DNA of 64,000 bases, from contig NW_003526945.1 of assembly GCF_000181795.1 (NCBI RefSeq), positions 1,106,591 to 1,170,590 on the forward strand, given 5' to 3'. Shown piece by piece: positions 1 through 13,577 of this stretch. The position numbers and the translations under genes were made by a program. The first letter of the stretch is position 1. Every line of letters starts with the position of its first letter. Origin of the DNA: Trichinella spiralis. Lineage: Eukaryota. Below the pieces are notes generated by a model. That model saw nothing but the letters and a program-made list of their open reading frames with translations. It was not told where the DNA came from and made no database searches.

Positions 1-760
1 TGAAATGACACATGAATACACTTTCATCTAATATGCATTATTTCTCTCAATCAATGATACGTTTACAAACAAACAATTCTGTCAAATATCTTATTAAATA
101 ATCAATGAAAATAATTCAAAGTATCTGTAATTAATAATTGTACAATATTGTTTCCATAGATGAAGAAAAGAATTATTTAATACATTGCACTTCCCCCCAA
201 AGCTCTCCCTTTAGTTTCACATAGCTTGTATGCAAATATGTCGAAAAAATAGTATAACTACTAATCAAGAAGGCATTAGTTTTTCATAAATTGTTAATTT
301 ATTCTATTTTAACCGTTTGAAATTAATTATTTTTAAAAATACAACATTTAAAGCTCATTTGCATAAGCGAAATTTCATTATGATGTTCTGGGCGAAAATG
401 CAATCAATCTGCGACATGCTTGGTATCAATGAGATGCCCAATGAATAATTTTGATCATGAACAGCATAGAATTCAATAATATGATTGTTTTTCGAAAATA
501 TCAAACGTACAGTCGGCATACGATAAGACACGCAGGTGTTAATAAATATTGGCAGCCACAGCTTGAAAAATTCCTTTCTAATGATCGACTGAATGATATA
601 ATTCAGTGTAGAAATTAACAAATAGAAGATGTGATACACTTCTTTTGGTTTAGTTCCGATTTCCCCTATGACTCCGCCTACCTTTTCACAGCAAAATTTC
701 ATTGGTTGCTGCTTTGTCGCGCGCCTCTAAATTTTATTTGTTGTCACTCCTGTGCATTTT

Positions 761-827
761 ATTTGTCAAATATTATTTTATTATACTTGTCAAATTTTGT
801 TTCATTGTATTTGTCAAATTTTATTTC
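761..827. repeat. Degenerate ~24-bp tandem repeat, ~3 copies (core TTGTCAAAT)
   Basis: Three units seen directly: atttgtcaaatattattttattat / acttgtcaaattttgtttcattgt / atttgtcaaattttatttc. Confidence 0.7.
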
Positions 828-2624
828 TAATCTTTTGACTGTTTTATAATTGTGTTGTTCTCAGATTGAGAAAAGTAAGAGAATGAAATTACGATGAAAA
901 AATAAAAAAACAATACAGTTACAATGCAATGCAGTATAAATAAAATACAACCCACCACTTGAATGGTCGCATTAACCTTTATCTTACTGAATTTTTATGC
1001 GTTAAGTTTATATTGTATTCAAGGTTTTTCTTATTATTTAATAATCACTAGAACTGATTTCCCAAAGGGAACTTCTCAATCCTACCAACTCAATTCCCAG
1101 CGAACTCTGCATGTTCTAATAGATGATAAGTGTTTGAACAAGCGGTACCATTGGCTTCTCCCATTATTTCACTCGCTTGAAATCAAAACATTAATAAAAG
1201 TAATTACAAGTAATATTAAATGTAATTTGCATTATTATTATTTGAAAGTAAATTAGAAAGAATGGCTATTTTCAAGCATCTGTCACTTAATCAATTCTCT
1301 ACGGATCATGGAAGAAGATTAAAATGTTTGCTTTGTTAAAAATAATCGTTTCCATTTTTACAGACGATAAAAAATCAAAAAATCTTCATTTGAGCGCAAA
1401 GACTGTTTTAGGAAGCGTAAACATTATGTGCAATTGTCAGAGTTACTCTTTTATTTGAATTCTTTTAATTTAGAACGTATAATAAGATGAAGCGATATAA
1501 TTTTTGAGAACCTGTCATTTAAAAAATGGCTACAAAATGCAATTTTTCAAACCTCTTAATTTCAGACTTTTTATTTTCGTAATAAAAAAAATGCAAACTT
1601 GCCACATAAGCAGTTTATGAAATTGTTTACTGCATTCACTTTTGCATACCTTATACTTGCATGCATATTTTCCTTTTTGCGTTATTTTCAATTCATTAAA
1701 ACTACTGTTCTAAAAATTCTATGTATAATAACTGCATTATGGAATTATTTTAAATGAAGAAGCAAGCAATTTTACAAATCAATACAAATGCATGAAAATG
1801 CTTATTATTATGTGAAAATGAGATAATAATACTTGCAAGCATCATTCAGCAGATATACTATTATATCAATTTACATATTTATTTATTGAATTAATAACAA
1901 TAATAGAATATAAAGCCAAAAGTACATGATGGCCTACTCTAATCAACCTATCTATAATAAAGTACTTTGCATTTTTTTCCACAGGGAATGGTTTCTCAAA
2001 AGTAAAAGGCAAAGAAATAAATAAAAGCAATTAATAAAATAACATAAATGATGTTTTCATCAGAATACAACGTATTCCATTACTATATAAGGAATTCTGA
2101 ACGGTAATCTATACATTTCATGCGCAAGTCTATAAAAATACAACTATGAACAAATGCTGAAACACGCACCGCCGATGATAATTTACAATGATAACTCTGC
2201 TGAATAAAAAAATAAATGAAGAACGTTATTTTAATAATTTTTTAAGATCAGTTAGTTCAGCTGGCAAGTAATTTCTCAAAGTGATGCGTGCATGTATGTA
2301 ATAAAATTCAATGATTCGCAACACTTTCATGAAACGATGCGTTCATTTCATTTAGGATGTTTTCATTTAGAAAGAACATTTAGTGCTTGCTATTGTGATT
2401 GGCTGAAATTTCAACCTGAAACGTACGAATCAATAAAACTTTGAATTACAGAAATAAAATTAATATGCAGTGATATTGATGAATATGACATGCCAGTGAA
2501 AAATGCGTACAACGTTGCCAACATTGGAAGCCCTGACTTTATCTTTATGAGTAGAGAAAATTAGTCATTATTATTCGTACGTTCTTCTATACATTTTAAA
2601 ATACATTAATAGACACTAAAGTAG

Positions 2625-2650
2625 TAATTAATTAATTAATTAATTAATTA
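2625..2650. repeat. (TAAT)n microsatellite
   Basis: Direct reading. Confidence 0.9.
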
Positions 2651-3383
2651 AATGAACATCCAATAATTAAATACTTAGACAATAATTTATCGTTTTCACA
2701 GACTTTTCCAACTAAAAGCACATTTCAATTGCTTTACTTTTATAAACTGTCCTGTTATTTTACTGAGACCATTTTAATCCACTCATTTTCCGTAAAACTT
2801 TATTCATTAATCAGTAATGAAAAGTCAGTCTCTTTCATTTATGATTGTTAACATTTTAAAAGAAATTTTAACTGAAATAAAAAGTTTTCAACGTATCACA
2901 CATGCTAATCTGGGATCGCAATTACACTATGCCAGTAGTTAGTTAAGCTGTCCGTAAATGGAAAATTGTATTTCTTTAAATTTTATTCATAAAATTTCAA
3001 TTAATTTCTAATATAAAAAGCACACTCATAAATGATGTCGGTGTTATCTGTTATAATATTGCTGTAAAACTTTCAGGCATTCATGCTATACATCGTATAA
3101 ATACAGCGTTGAAAATTATCACAGTTTAAGCATAGTATTATAAGTATAGCATCAAAATATTCATCTAGTTATGTATTTTTAATAAATTGGAATTCAGTTT
3201 CACCAGGAAATTTTAAAAAATACTATATGCAATAATATTTTATTTATATTACTATTTCGTTAATCATATTGTAGAGTTTCTAATGCAACATGTTTGTTTC
3301 TTTCTCTCATTTTCAGCAGCATAAATTATTTAACTGAAGTGCTTTGAAAACGATATTCATCATGAAAATTTAGATATGCAGCA

Positions 3384-3798
3384 ATGGCAAGAAACAGTTC
3401 AGTGGAAATTTTGAATTTTTCAGAAAACGCGACAGAAGTGCGTCCAGAATCTGAACACTATTCCCTTGGATTTCATGATTACATTATTTTGGTGTATGGC
3501 TTAATCGCTCTGATTCCAAATTCTTGCTTACTGTACGTTATCATCAAAAACAAACTACAAAAAAGGGTTTCATATTTATACGTCGCAGGTAAAGCTATTT
3601 ATATTATTAATAAATTTTCATCAATACTTAATACGGACAACTGTGCTTTGGATTTTTCTCCTGGATATTAAAAATGGCAGATAATAAATTTATATAAGTA
3701 ATAAGAATAAAATATACTTGTTGTTTTTTGAAACAATAATGTTTCAAAAAATTACAAAGAGTAATTTACTTAGCAAAGTTTATTTTTAAAGGAGGCAT

Positions 3799-3838
<40 letters not shown>

Positions 3839-5710
3839 GAGTTTTCCATCTATGTCATATTATTGGTACCCTGTGTTATGAGTGGTTTATTAATTTTCAA
3901 AATCTTGCAATATTATTTCATAGCTTTATAACCAAATTTCGCTTCGCACATTTTTTATCAATTGATTATCATCAACGATTGATTGATTATTTTCATATCT
4001 GTTTATATCCTTTTAATGTGACATACTGAAAGTATTTTCACAAATTAATTTTACTAATTGACTAAAAATTTGAATGAAATTATTGTGAATAAAAAAAACA
4101 AACAAAACAGCATTTTATTTAATTGTCGATTAATGATTAATCAGCTAATGGTAATGAAATGAGTTATGGAAGTTTGGTACTAGTGTACATGTGAAGTAGA
4201 AAAGATTTCAATGACAAATCAATGACAACATTTAAAAAATGAAATTTTATGCGTCCTTTTTGATTTCATCTTTTAAAATGAACTTAAAAAATTTGCTACC
4301 GTTTCCAAAGTTTATAAACTTTAGCAGTTGTTTCAATGTTCATTCGTAAACAGCAATGAAAGCAGTTTTCATTTTCACTGAATGAATATTAAAAAATATT
4401 GAATATCACAAATATGTTAAGAATTTTTTTAAATACTTATTTCCAAAAATTCAATAATTATTTTAATGTAATCTCGCACGATTATTTTTTATTGGTATTT
4501 TTTCAAATAAACTAAAGCTATTCACGCAACAGTGTGGCAACAACCGGAAGTTTCGTGCAAAAATTGATTCAATTAGAATAAGTTTTGCTTTCAAACGAAC
4601 AATAAAGTATGACTTATTCAATTGAAATTACTGATTAATTGAGATTTTTAAAGAATAAATACATATTCTTGTAAATGTTCTATGTTTAAATTTGATATCG
4701 AACACTGAATAATGCTTGATTAACATTTCAGAAATGATAAATTAAAGTAGTGTGCAGAAAAATGTTCTTCGCTTCGACGTACAACCATATTAATAATGAT
4801 GCATTAAAAAATAACATATACATGCGAACAAATTTGCCAGTACAAAATTATTTATAAACAAATATTATTAATATGATGTTAATTATAAACACAATGCATT
4901 TCTTTCTTTAAATACTACAAATAATGTATGCATATTTTAGCCTATGCCATGTCAAACATATTAACTGGATTTGCGTTCATCTGCTCAGCCATTAGAAGAT
5001 TTGTAATATCTACTGCACCACTGTATGAATTGCATCCTTTGCAGTGCATGTCGCAAGCATTTTACGTATCAATTTATCAAGGATGTGACATTCTGGGGGT
5101 AGCTATTCCAGCATTGATTTCGTTCGATCGTTTTGTCGCCGTTACATCTCACCGCATCTATAGCAGGATGAATTTGAAAACAGCGTGGGGTCTAATTGGA
5201 TTAGTTGGAGTTATCATAGCCATTGATGTGGTCGGATGTTGGGTCAGCGCCGCCCTAATACCGGAAGATGTGCTAATTGTGGCCACGTGTGTTGACGTCA
5301 CATACGTGATGGAAACATTCAGCTATGCTCACAGAATATTGCTAACCATCCTCAGCTACGCCTCTTTAGGATTTTACGTCGGCGCACTGTTGGCCATTTT
5401 ATGTCGACCAAGTACAGGGAATTCTGTACGCGCGGCGCAGCTTAAACGTGAAGCTGTCATCACAAAACGTCTCAGCTATTTAATAATTTTAACATTTTTT
5501 GTTCAAACGATGCCACTGACTATAGATTTTATCGAACTGAGCGACGATGTTGCCAATGTTGTTGTCATAGTGACATTTTTAGCGGATTATTTGAACATGG
5601 CAACGTTCGTACTCATTTTCAGTGCTATCAATCCGGAATTACGCAAAGGCTTCCTACAACTTTGCTGCAAAAAAAGCGCTGCCGTTGCTTCTGAAACAAC
5701 ACGACGATAA
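3384..5710 (+). CDS. 7TM GPCR, nematode serpentine/chemoreceptor-like (srsx-like); 2 exons 3384-3588, 4941-5710
   Basis: Exon 1 encodes TM1 and ends GCAG|GTAAAG (phase 1). Exon 2 follows ttttag and is in frame. There are seven hydrophobic segments, a DRY-like ISFDRFVAV motif, an NPxxY-like INPELRK motif and N-terminal NxS/T sites. Confidence 0.85.
3800..3837. repeat. (TAA)n microsatellite in GPCR intron
   Basis: Direct reading. Confidence 0.9.
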
Positions 5711-8139
5711 ATTTCAATTTAAATACGGAATTACTATTCACACATTTCAATTTTTTTCCAACATTATTTTGAAGAAACATATTAAAAAAGGCACACTCTA
5801 ATAAATGAATTGAACTTGGTTACAATAACATGAACCAGGAAAAAAAACAACATACTCATATTAAATACTTGAACAATAAATATGTTTGTTTGTTGGAATG
5901 TTGTTTATAAATATTTTACAAGCATGAAATATTTAATATAAAGAAAATAACAAAGGAAGCACTTCAAAAACAAAAACAAACAAACAAACCATAACACATC
6001 ATCCTCCTCCAATGAATAAAATAATAAGCTAGGAGATTGATGCAAATTTCGCATTAAAGCATAGCCGCTTCAAAAATTTGCTCAATTTTGTTGAAATTTT
6101 AAAATGTTATTCACTGCTCAATCACCGGTGGATCTGTTAGCTGCTTTACCATTTTTCAAATTCTTTCTTTTTTTTTGAAAATACTACAGCGCACACAATA
6201 ATAAAAATGCACAAAGAATATTTTAAAGATGAATATTTTGTAAGCATTTCGATACCTCAATTCAGCAATAGCGCGCAAAAACAAATACTTCTTCAGTATT
6301 CCATATGCCAAGAAAGTTTATCAAAATTACTCAATTATGAAAACATCAAACGTATTTTTTGAAAAATAAAACCAACATTAACATCGCATAATTAAATTTG
6401 CCGTCAATTTTCATTCGCTTAACGACTAAACTTCAACTCTCTGATAACTGGGAAATTTTTTTAACAATAAATAATAATTGTTCACAACATTTTAATTTGC
6501 TTAACTGAAGCGCATATATTTATTTGTACGCTTTGATCATAAACAGCTGTTTATTTTGACAATTTCAATTTTGCTTTATGTTCTCTTTTGAAACAAAATT
6601 ACATTTTTATTTAACATGCTCAAAAAAGGTTCCTTGTAAAAGTGTTGAAATAATATAAATGTTGAGCAACTGAAAAATTATGTAAATGTTATTGACGGTT
6701 AAATTACTGGAATTACTCTGAACATCACGGCACAATTACAAATCTTAGTCAAACAGTTTTAACGTTACTCATTTGCAAAAAGTTTAATTGTTTTCCTAAT
6801 TAATTAATTATAACAACATGAAAACGATTATTTTATTGACAGCTTTGCAAATGAAATGAAATTTTGCAAATCTTTTAAAAGAAGCAACGTATAATTAATT
6901 GATCAGTACAAAATATGAAGTAAATTAGTCTAAGCAATTATGGCAATTTGTGATATAAAAAATATTCCAATGCAAATTTACATATCATTGTTCAATGATG
7001 TATAAATATGGAGATGAATAATTTGATGAAATAGTTATCAAGTACGTGTGTGTGGAAGGTAAAACTGATTTCATTGAACAAATGCTAATGACAATTGAAT
7101 AAGAACATTTTGCATACTATCTGTGTTTGTGCAGATAAATTTGTAAAAAAAAGAATTCAGTCCTTACTTCTCTGTTTGTGAATCACGTTAAATTAACTGT
7201 TCGCATCGGTATAAATACACATTGCATTGCATAAAGTTTTACCAGTGGATGAGGCAAATTTTCATTACCATTTCACGTGTCCATCACTAGAAATGTAGAG
7301 TTGAATTATTACTAATTTCCCCAATAAGCATCTTTCGTAAATTATTTTCATTTGAAAGTCATATTATAAAGCTAATCAAGTAAAAAATGGAAAAATTTAA
7401 CATTCTTCAACCAACATTCTTAGTACAGTTCAATTGGACGTTCAATATTATTACCGTGTGGGCACTGGTCTTTTCTGTAAAAAGAATTTCTGCACCGCCT
7501 ATACAATCTAAAAAAGCCATATTTCAAAAAAACAGCAATAAAGTTAAATAAATCTGCAAAGAAAAAACAAAACAAAACAAAACATACTAGTGACGAAGCA
7601 CAGATCGTCATCTGCATGCTTGTGGCGTTCGTATCCTGAACTAAAAAAAAAAAAAGAAAATTCTCCCACAAAATGTAATATATGCTGCTTTGATGGAAAC
7701 GCATGCTTTATTGAAATTTCATAGTCATAAAAATGTGGAATACGATACAGTCGAGAATTTTACAGAAGGATAAAAACAAACGGTCTCAAGACTGAAAAAC
7801 ATCTATGGAAGATAACAAAAAAAGAAAAAATATACACAATCAGTGTTTTTTGGATGTTGTTGGAAAAACATCTGTCGCTGTTAAAAATTAATAAAAACAT
7901 TCACATCAACCCCAAACAAAAAATAAGCACAAGCATCGTCTCTATTACTATAAAAAACACTGGTGGTCATTTAAGTAACTGAAATCAAAACTGCAAACAG
8001 AATCGCGTTTTTCTTCTTCCATAATGAAATGAAATTGTAATGCAAATTAAAATAAGGGACAAAGAAAAGGAATAAATTAAGGTGAACAGGAAAAAAATGT
8101 GTCCTTGTCGACGCTTTTATGTATGGCGTTTTCGTTGTC

Positions 8140-10090
8140 TCAGAGAATGCTCCGACATAAATATAGAAAGAGCATAACTGCAACCACTGCCACACCAATA
8201 ACTGCGACCATATTCATGCCATCTTCTTGCGTATTATTCGATCTAATCAAATTTTCACTTGAACTTGTTTTCAATATTTCAAGTTGCCGCTTAAGAAAAA
8301 AAAAGAAATGAAAACTATTAAAATGAGGCAAAAACACTGCTGAAATTCATCTTCTGTACTCTTAGAGCTTGATTTTCAATATGCATAGTATCTAGTTGAC
8401 TTTGCAACTTCTTCGAATGGTCAAGCAAACTACGATACTCCGCTTCAATACCGCTGCTCTGAAATACTCGCATATTCGTCGCTATTTAAAAAATGTTCAA
8501 CTCACAAACCGATGATGAATGTTGTTGATAGTCTGAAGTAAAATCCTCCACTTCTTCCTAATATAAAGTATACGAAAGCAAATACGAAATCCTTAATCTT
8601 CTCCGCCTTACTTCACTCACGGGCAACAGCACTGCTCTTAACTTCGAGTCCATGAAACCACCATCTGGTACAGACTTCCACTAAACAATGTTAAAGTAAA
8701 CGTTTCTACAGCATACGGATACATAGACGGGTGTGCAATTTTTTACGACTCACTATTGTTTCTAAATTGCACCCTGATTCCGGCATAAAAGCAGACTGAA
8801 CCATAAATTTATGACGCAATTCAGCAGGGTTGTCGTGCAACAACGGTTGCAGCATTACTAGTTTGCCAAAATAACAAATAGCTTCATTTATTTCAAAATC
8901 AAAACTCCAACTCACTTGAAATATTGATTGTTTTTTTTGATAATACTATCCCACTATTTGGACGCACATAATACTGCTTCGGTGCTGTTGTTTTAACTTT
9001 GAAACAAACAGTCTTGTCAGTAGGATTTGTAAGCTGCAACGTTGTCGTTACTACTTTTGTAAACGGGCCTAAGATATGTTTGAAATTTAAAAAAATTCAA
9101 AACCTCAAAACTGCTAATCATTAAAAAATATTTTATTGTTCACTTGATATTGAAATGAACTTTAATAAATTTTCTCAAAATAAAATTCGCTATACAGATG
9201 GCCAAATCAGGCGAAGGCAAACATAGCAAAGCATAACAATCGACAGAGTTAATTAACAAATCAATAGTAGAGCACTGATTAGCATGCATACCAAAATGAA
9301 TCACCTTCACTAATCTCACTCAAAACTGTGGCCGAATAAATTATACAAACAAGGATTCAAAACAGAATTATTATTCTGATTTTGAAAATAAAAATAATTC
9401 TGACCATTTTGATAGAATAAATAAAATGTGCGTAACGAGTTTTTGAAAAATCCATTAAATTTTTCCACTGCTTTGGATCTCCAGTTTTACAGCTCCAAAA
9501 ATATGAACAATTTAATACTAATGTGTAGGAGCAAACCTAATCAAATTTTCACCAAGACTGTAAATATATTTTCAACTTCTTAAAAATATTTATGATATCC
9601 CAATTACTTCATGCAAAGTAAACTTTTTTTAATGAAATGTTCTCTCTGACTCTCTCAATATAACGTATGCGAAATTATTTCAGCTAATCTAACAACTAAA
9701 ATCGAACCTTCGTTAAACTAATTTTAAAAGTTGATAAATCAAGCATATATCACAAGTCATATAAATGAATAAAAATTAAAATCAAATTATTTTTCATCAA
9801 ATGAGAACTCAAATGAACAAGACTTCATTGTTATTATTCAACATGACAGTATTAAATCATTTTCTTACTTTTAATATGCCAATAATAAATTATTACTGAT
9901 CAATCTGCAAAGTAAAACAAAATATAAAAAACAAGTAGATTATTAATTAATAAAAAATAAGCGTGCTTAAATTGATTGATAAATAATTTAAACAGCACGA
10001 TTATTGAACTTATTAATCTCAGTGAAAAATACCTTTAAATACAAGTTCCTTTTCGGGATAGAGTTGCAACACTTGAATGGGTTTTGACAT
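8140..10090 (-). CDS. vpr-1: VAMP-associated protein (VAP; MSP domain, coiled coil, C-terminal TM); exons 10090-10033, 9068-8916, 8857-8754, 8680-~8615, ~8557-8510, ~8458-8360, ~8290-8140
   Basis: The spliced translation reads [59 protein letters not shown]...MLQP...HKFMVQS...[18 protein letters not shown]. It contains the VAP signature [15 protein letters not shown], then a coiled coil ([20 protein letters not shown]) and a tail anchor ([17 protein letters not shown]). Splice phases are consistent. The ORF track shows only fragments. Confidence 0.92.
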
Positions 10091-11082
10091 GGCGGAAGAC
10101 AGCTAAAAGTGTAAATGCTATCAATAAATGTGAAAATCGATAATTGACCATGTAGCAGTAACAAAACTTTATTGTAAATGTAACCAAAGAAAGTTGCATA
10201 TTCTGTTAAAGTAAATGTCTAGTGCATTGTTATGAGTGTGATGCATTGTAACAAAAAAATAATAGAAATGTTTCAAAACCGTTCAGTAAACACAAAAGTA
10301 CGACGGTTACACATTCGTCAAGAGAAAACAAAAAATGAATCATAGAACTACGATAACAAAATTGGAATTTTACTAAACTATAGAATAACGAACTTCCGCC
10401 AGCACATTTATTTAACAAGGAAATGATCATGATGACACTAATACAGTATAAAAGCAAAATGAATTGCAAGCGTAAAGAAAAGCGATTTTTTTCTGGGTTG
10501 CATTTAAATATACTATCAGAAGGTATAAAAATTAATGAGCGCATTTAAAGACAGAAAAATGAATGCTTGGTTTTGCATCAATTTTCGAGCATAATTATAA
10601 ATAAAACTAGTCAATATCATTTTTATTTTACATATAGCACATATCATAAGAATACTCTCTGCAGGGATGAAAAAATAATTTTATTTTCACAAATTATTCC
10701 AAAAATATTGTATAAGCTTATTTAAGTAAGAACTTACTTCTCACATTGAAACTACATTAATCACTAATATCACTTGAATAAATAAAGCGCTACTTACTGT
10801 AGTGAACCATTTTCAAAGTGAATGAATGAAAACAAAAGAATAATTCAAATTATATTTATTTAAATAGTTATATGAAATTGATTGTGCATATATTTTTAAT
10901 GAATTTTTAAAAATTTCCACTAATTTCAGTTTGAAAAAATTATTATAGGTCAGCATTGCATTTGTACTTTAATATCATTAAAATACAAAAACCGCTTACT
11001 ATTATTTCTTAGATTTATACATTTGATCATCGCTTGTAACATTTTTATCCAGTTTCAGTTGAATTTTTTCTGTATCTCTGTC
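10091..11082. promoter_or_regulatory. Probable bidirectional promoter region between divergent VAP and sigma-1-receptor-like genes
   Basis: Head-to-head start codons ~1 kb apart. No specific sites were identified. Confidence 0.4.
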
Positions 11083-12504
11083 ATGGCCTTCCGACTGAAG
11101 TCCTATATTCAATTTGCTTTGATTATCTCTGTTATTCTATCTTCTCTCCATTACTACTTGAAAGTGAAAGAGTATCGTTTCTCACCTAGATTTATTCGAT
11201 CAATGGGTGAAAAATATGCTGGTAAGGAAAAACATTTATAACAGCGTTAAGATTGTTTGAATATTATTTATAAATTTTACCTAACTTAACTGACTAGTTG
11301 AATGTTTATTAAAGGGTATTTTTCTATACTATCATTTCTATATGACGTAGTCGATGACTCTGCGATGAATTTAATTGCTTGCGGCTTTGAAATGTGTTTG
11401 TGCATTTGTTGCTTTTGGTTTTTTACGAAGTTTGATGCAATTTATTAAAACTTAGGCACTTATTTTCAGTTTGTAAATTTGTTCAATATGCAAAGTATAT
11501 GAGCGATTCAAAATAAATTATTTTCTAGTATTTATTTTGTTACACTTTGGAAATTGTGCGATAAGAAAGTGTTCATTATGTTTTTCAGTCATCGATCATT
11601 CATATAAAATTAGAAAAATTGTTTCTGCATGTTTATAGAAAGTCATTTATAGGGCGTTCTCCTTCTGTGTACGTCAAAAGTATTATGACAGATTTAAGCG
11701 CTTCTACAGCAGGTCCGATAATTCCAGCTGAGTCATTGGGTGTTTTGGATATGCTGAAAGGGAGAACAGCAGTAAATCGACAGAAAAAATTATCTGATGA
11801 GAAGAGTACGGTCTGGTTGAGCGTGAATTTTGGTGGAATTCAAGGAAGAATACACTTTTTTCACCTTTCCTGGAGCGAATATTTAGCTCTGGTCGGCGTT
11901 CCTATGAAATCAATCGGATCTTCCAGTATATATTTTCTCATTTATAAATTGGAGCGTTTTTTATAATAATTTACGTAGGTCTTCATTGGATGAACCAGTC
12001 GTGTACCGTACTCAGTGGATCCTTGCAGCGACATCGTACTGAAGAATCATTTGTACATGAACATTTTGAACCTGGGAAACATGTGCGATTTGGAGTGTTT
12101 GAAAATTACATCGTGGAAATTAGTGAAGATACTTGGCTTCTTTGCTATGGTCGAGGTAATATCTACACGTATATATTTGCTTTGTGAAAAGAAGTTTTTC
12201 TAAGTAATCAGATAGATTAAAGGAGATAGAGAGTAAGGTTGCTCGTATCGCCGTAAATTTTCATGTAAAAATTTTCACTTGCTATTCTAAGAAATTGAAT
12301 ATGGTGATTGTACACAATTAACATATTATTTTTATTTACGTGTTTTTAGGCTTAACGATGGCTTCGTTTTTGTACTGCTTCCTCGGATGGATTTCCCAAG
12401 CAGACTTCTTTTCGCCAATTTTAATGTTATCTATCGCCCTATATTCCCTGTTAGTAGATATAGCGGACTATTCTTTGCAGTTCTATCACCGATTTTTCCG
12501 ATAG
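11083..12504 (+). CDS. SIGMAR1: Sigma-1 receptor / ERG2 sterol isomerase family protein; exons 11083-11221, 11653-11925, 11979-12155, 12350-12504
   Basis: An N-terminal TM is followed by WLSVNFGGIQGRIHFFHLSWSEYLALVG...HWMNQSCTVLSG...FEPG...TWLLCYGRG...QADFF. This parallels sigma-1 [28 protein letters not shown]...YWAEISDTIISG...FYPG...TWMVEYGRG...TQDF. All three introns are GT-AG, phase 1. Confidence 0.85.
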
Positions 12505-12628
12505 CTCAGCTACAGCGAATAATCATTACTAAAAAACACTTAATATAATTTATGCACTGGTAGTTTTTCTGAAATTTATTAATATTATAAAGTTCTCATC
12601 GCATTGATTTCAGGTTCACTACAATCGC

Positions 12629-12690
12629 TATTATTATTATTATTACTATCATCATCATCATCATCATTATTATTATTATTATTATTATCA
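12629..12690. repeat. (ATT)n/(ATC)n compound microsatellite between convergent 3' ends
   Basis: Direct reading. Confidence 0.85.
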
Positions 12691-13056
12691 TTCGTGCATA
12701 GTGATAAAATTATGTTGAACAATCTGAAATAAAATTCATGAATGACTTTTGAATTATTATTCTACGGTGTAATGTTTTACTTCATCAGAAAATGTCACCT
12801 TTGAAGTGGATGAAAATTCACCGGTAAACAAAAAAATACATCAATATGAGAGGTGGTAACATTAAAATATAGACATTTTTAGAAAACCTACTTTCTTAAA
12901 TAACACGAAAAAACCAATGGCAGTTTATTTCCACTCGGCATCATCAAAATCAAACCCCAGCAGTTAGACATTATGAAACAGAAACAGAGATCAAGTAAAC
13001 TGCCATGTCAAGCAAATATGACAAAAGTATAATATTTGAAGTTGTGCTGAACGCAT

Positions 13057-13577
13057 TTATGCAGCTTCACTAGAACTGGTTGGATTCTAAAAAAATGAAA
13101 AATTATTAAAATACCACGTGTACTGGAAAATGGAAGTTTTTACGTTCCAGAACTTCATGAGTAAAATAAAAAAACGCTTCACAACTGCGTTGGAGTGTGT
13201 AATAAATGAGCTCATAAAAGACAGAAATGAAATACCGTATTCGAGTTTTGTATTTGAGATGGCAGAGATATTGAATTATTAACGGCAGTTCGCTTGAAGT
13301 CACTGTTACAATCCGAATAACTCATCCCAATGCCTATACCAGTACCCATTACAACAGGCCACGTGCGTTCTAAATCAGAACGGTCATTCATGGTTGCTTT
13401 TGAAAAATAATTTAGTAGGAAGTGAAATTGCATACTGTTAAATATAAAGAGCGAAAACAATATTCCCAGACCAATACCGCCGCTAATTTTGACAACTGCG
13501 TTAGAAAGACATCGGCTAAGTTTTCTGTCAAATTCGTCTTCTGATCGATCAATCACACTAGCGTTACTTGCTGACAT
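13057..13577 (-). CDS. MICOS10: MICOS complex subunit MIC10; exons 13577-13436, 13369-13236, probable 13086-13057
   Basis: SEDEFDRKLSRCLSNAVVKISGGIGLGILFSLFIFNKRTWPVVMGTGIGIGMSYSDC shows two GxGxG TM motifs around a basic KRxWP loop, which is restored after removing the 66-nt intron 13370-13435. The last exon is less certain. Confidence 0.9.

Noticed and set aside
355..702. 115-aa minus-strand ORF
   Set aside because: No recognisable motif or supporting splice structure. It may be a relic but cannot be supported.
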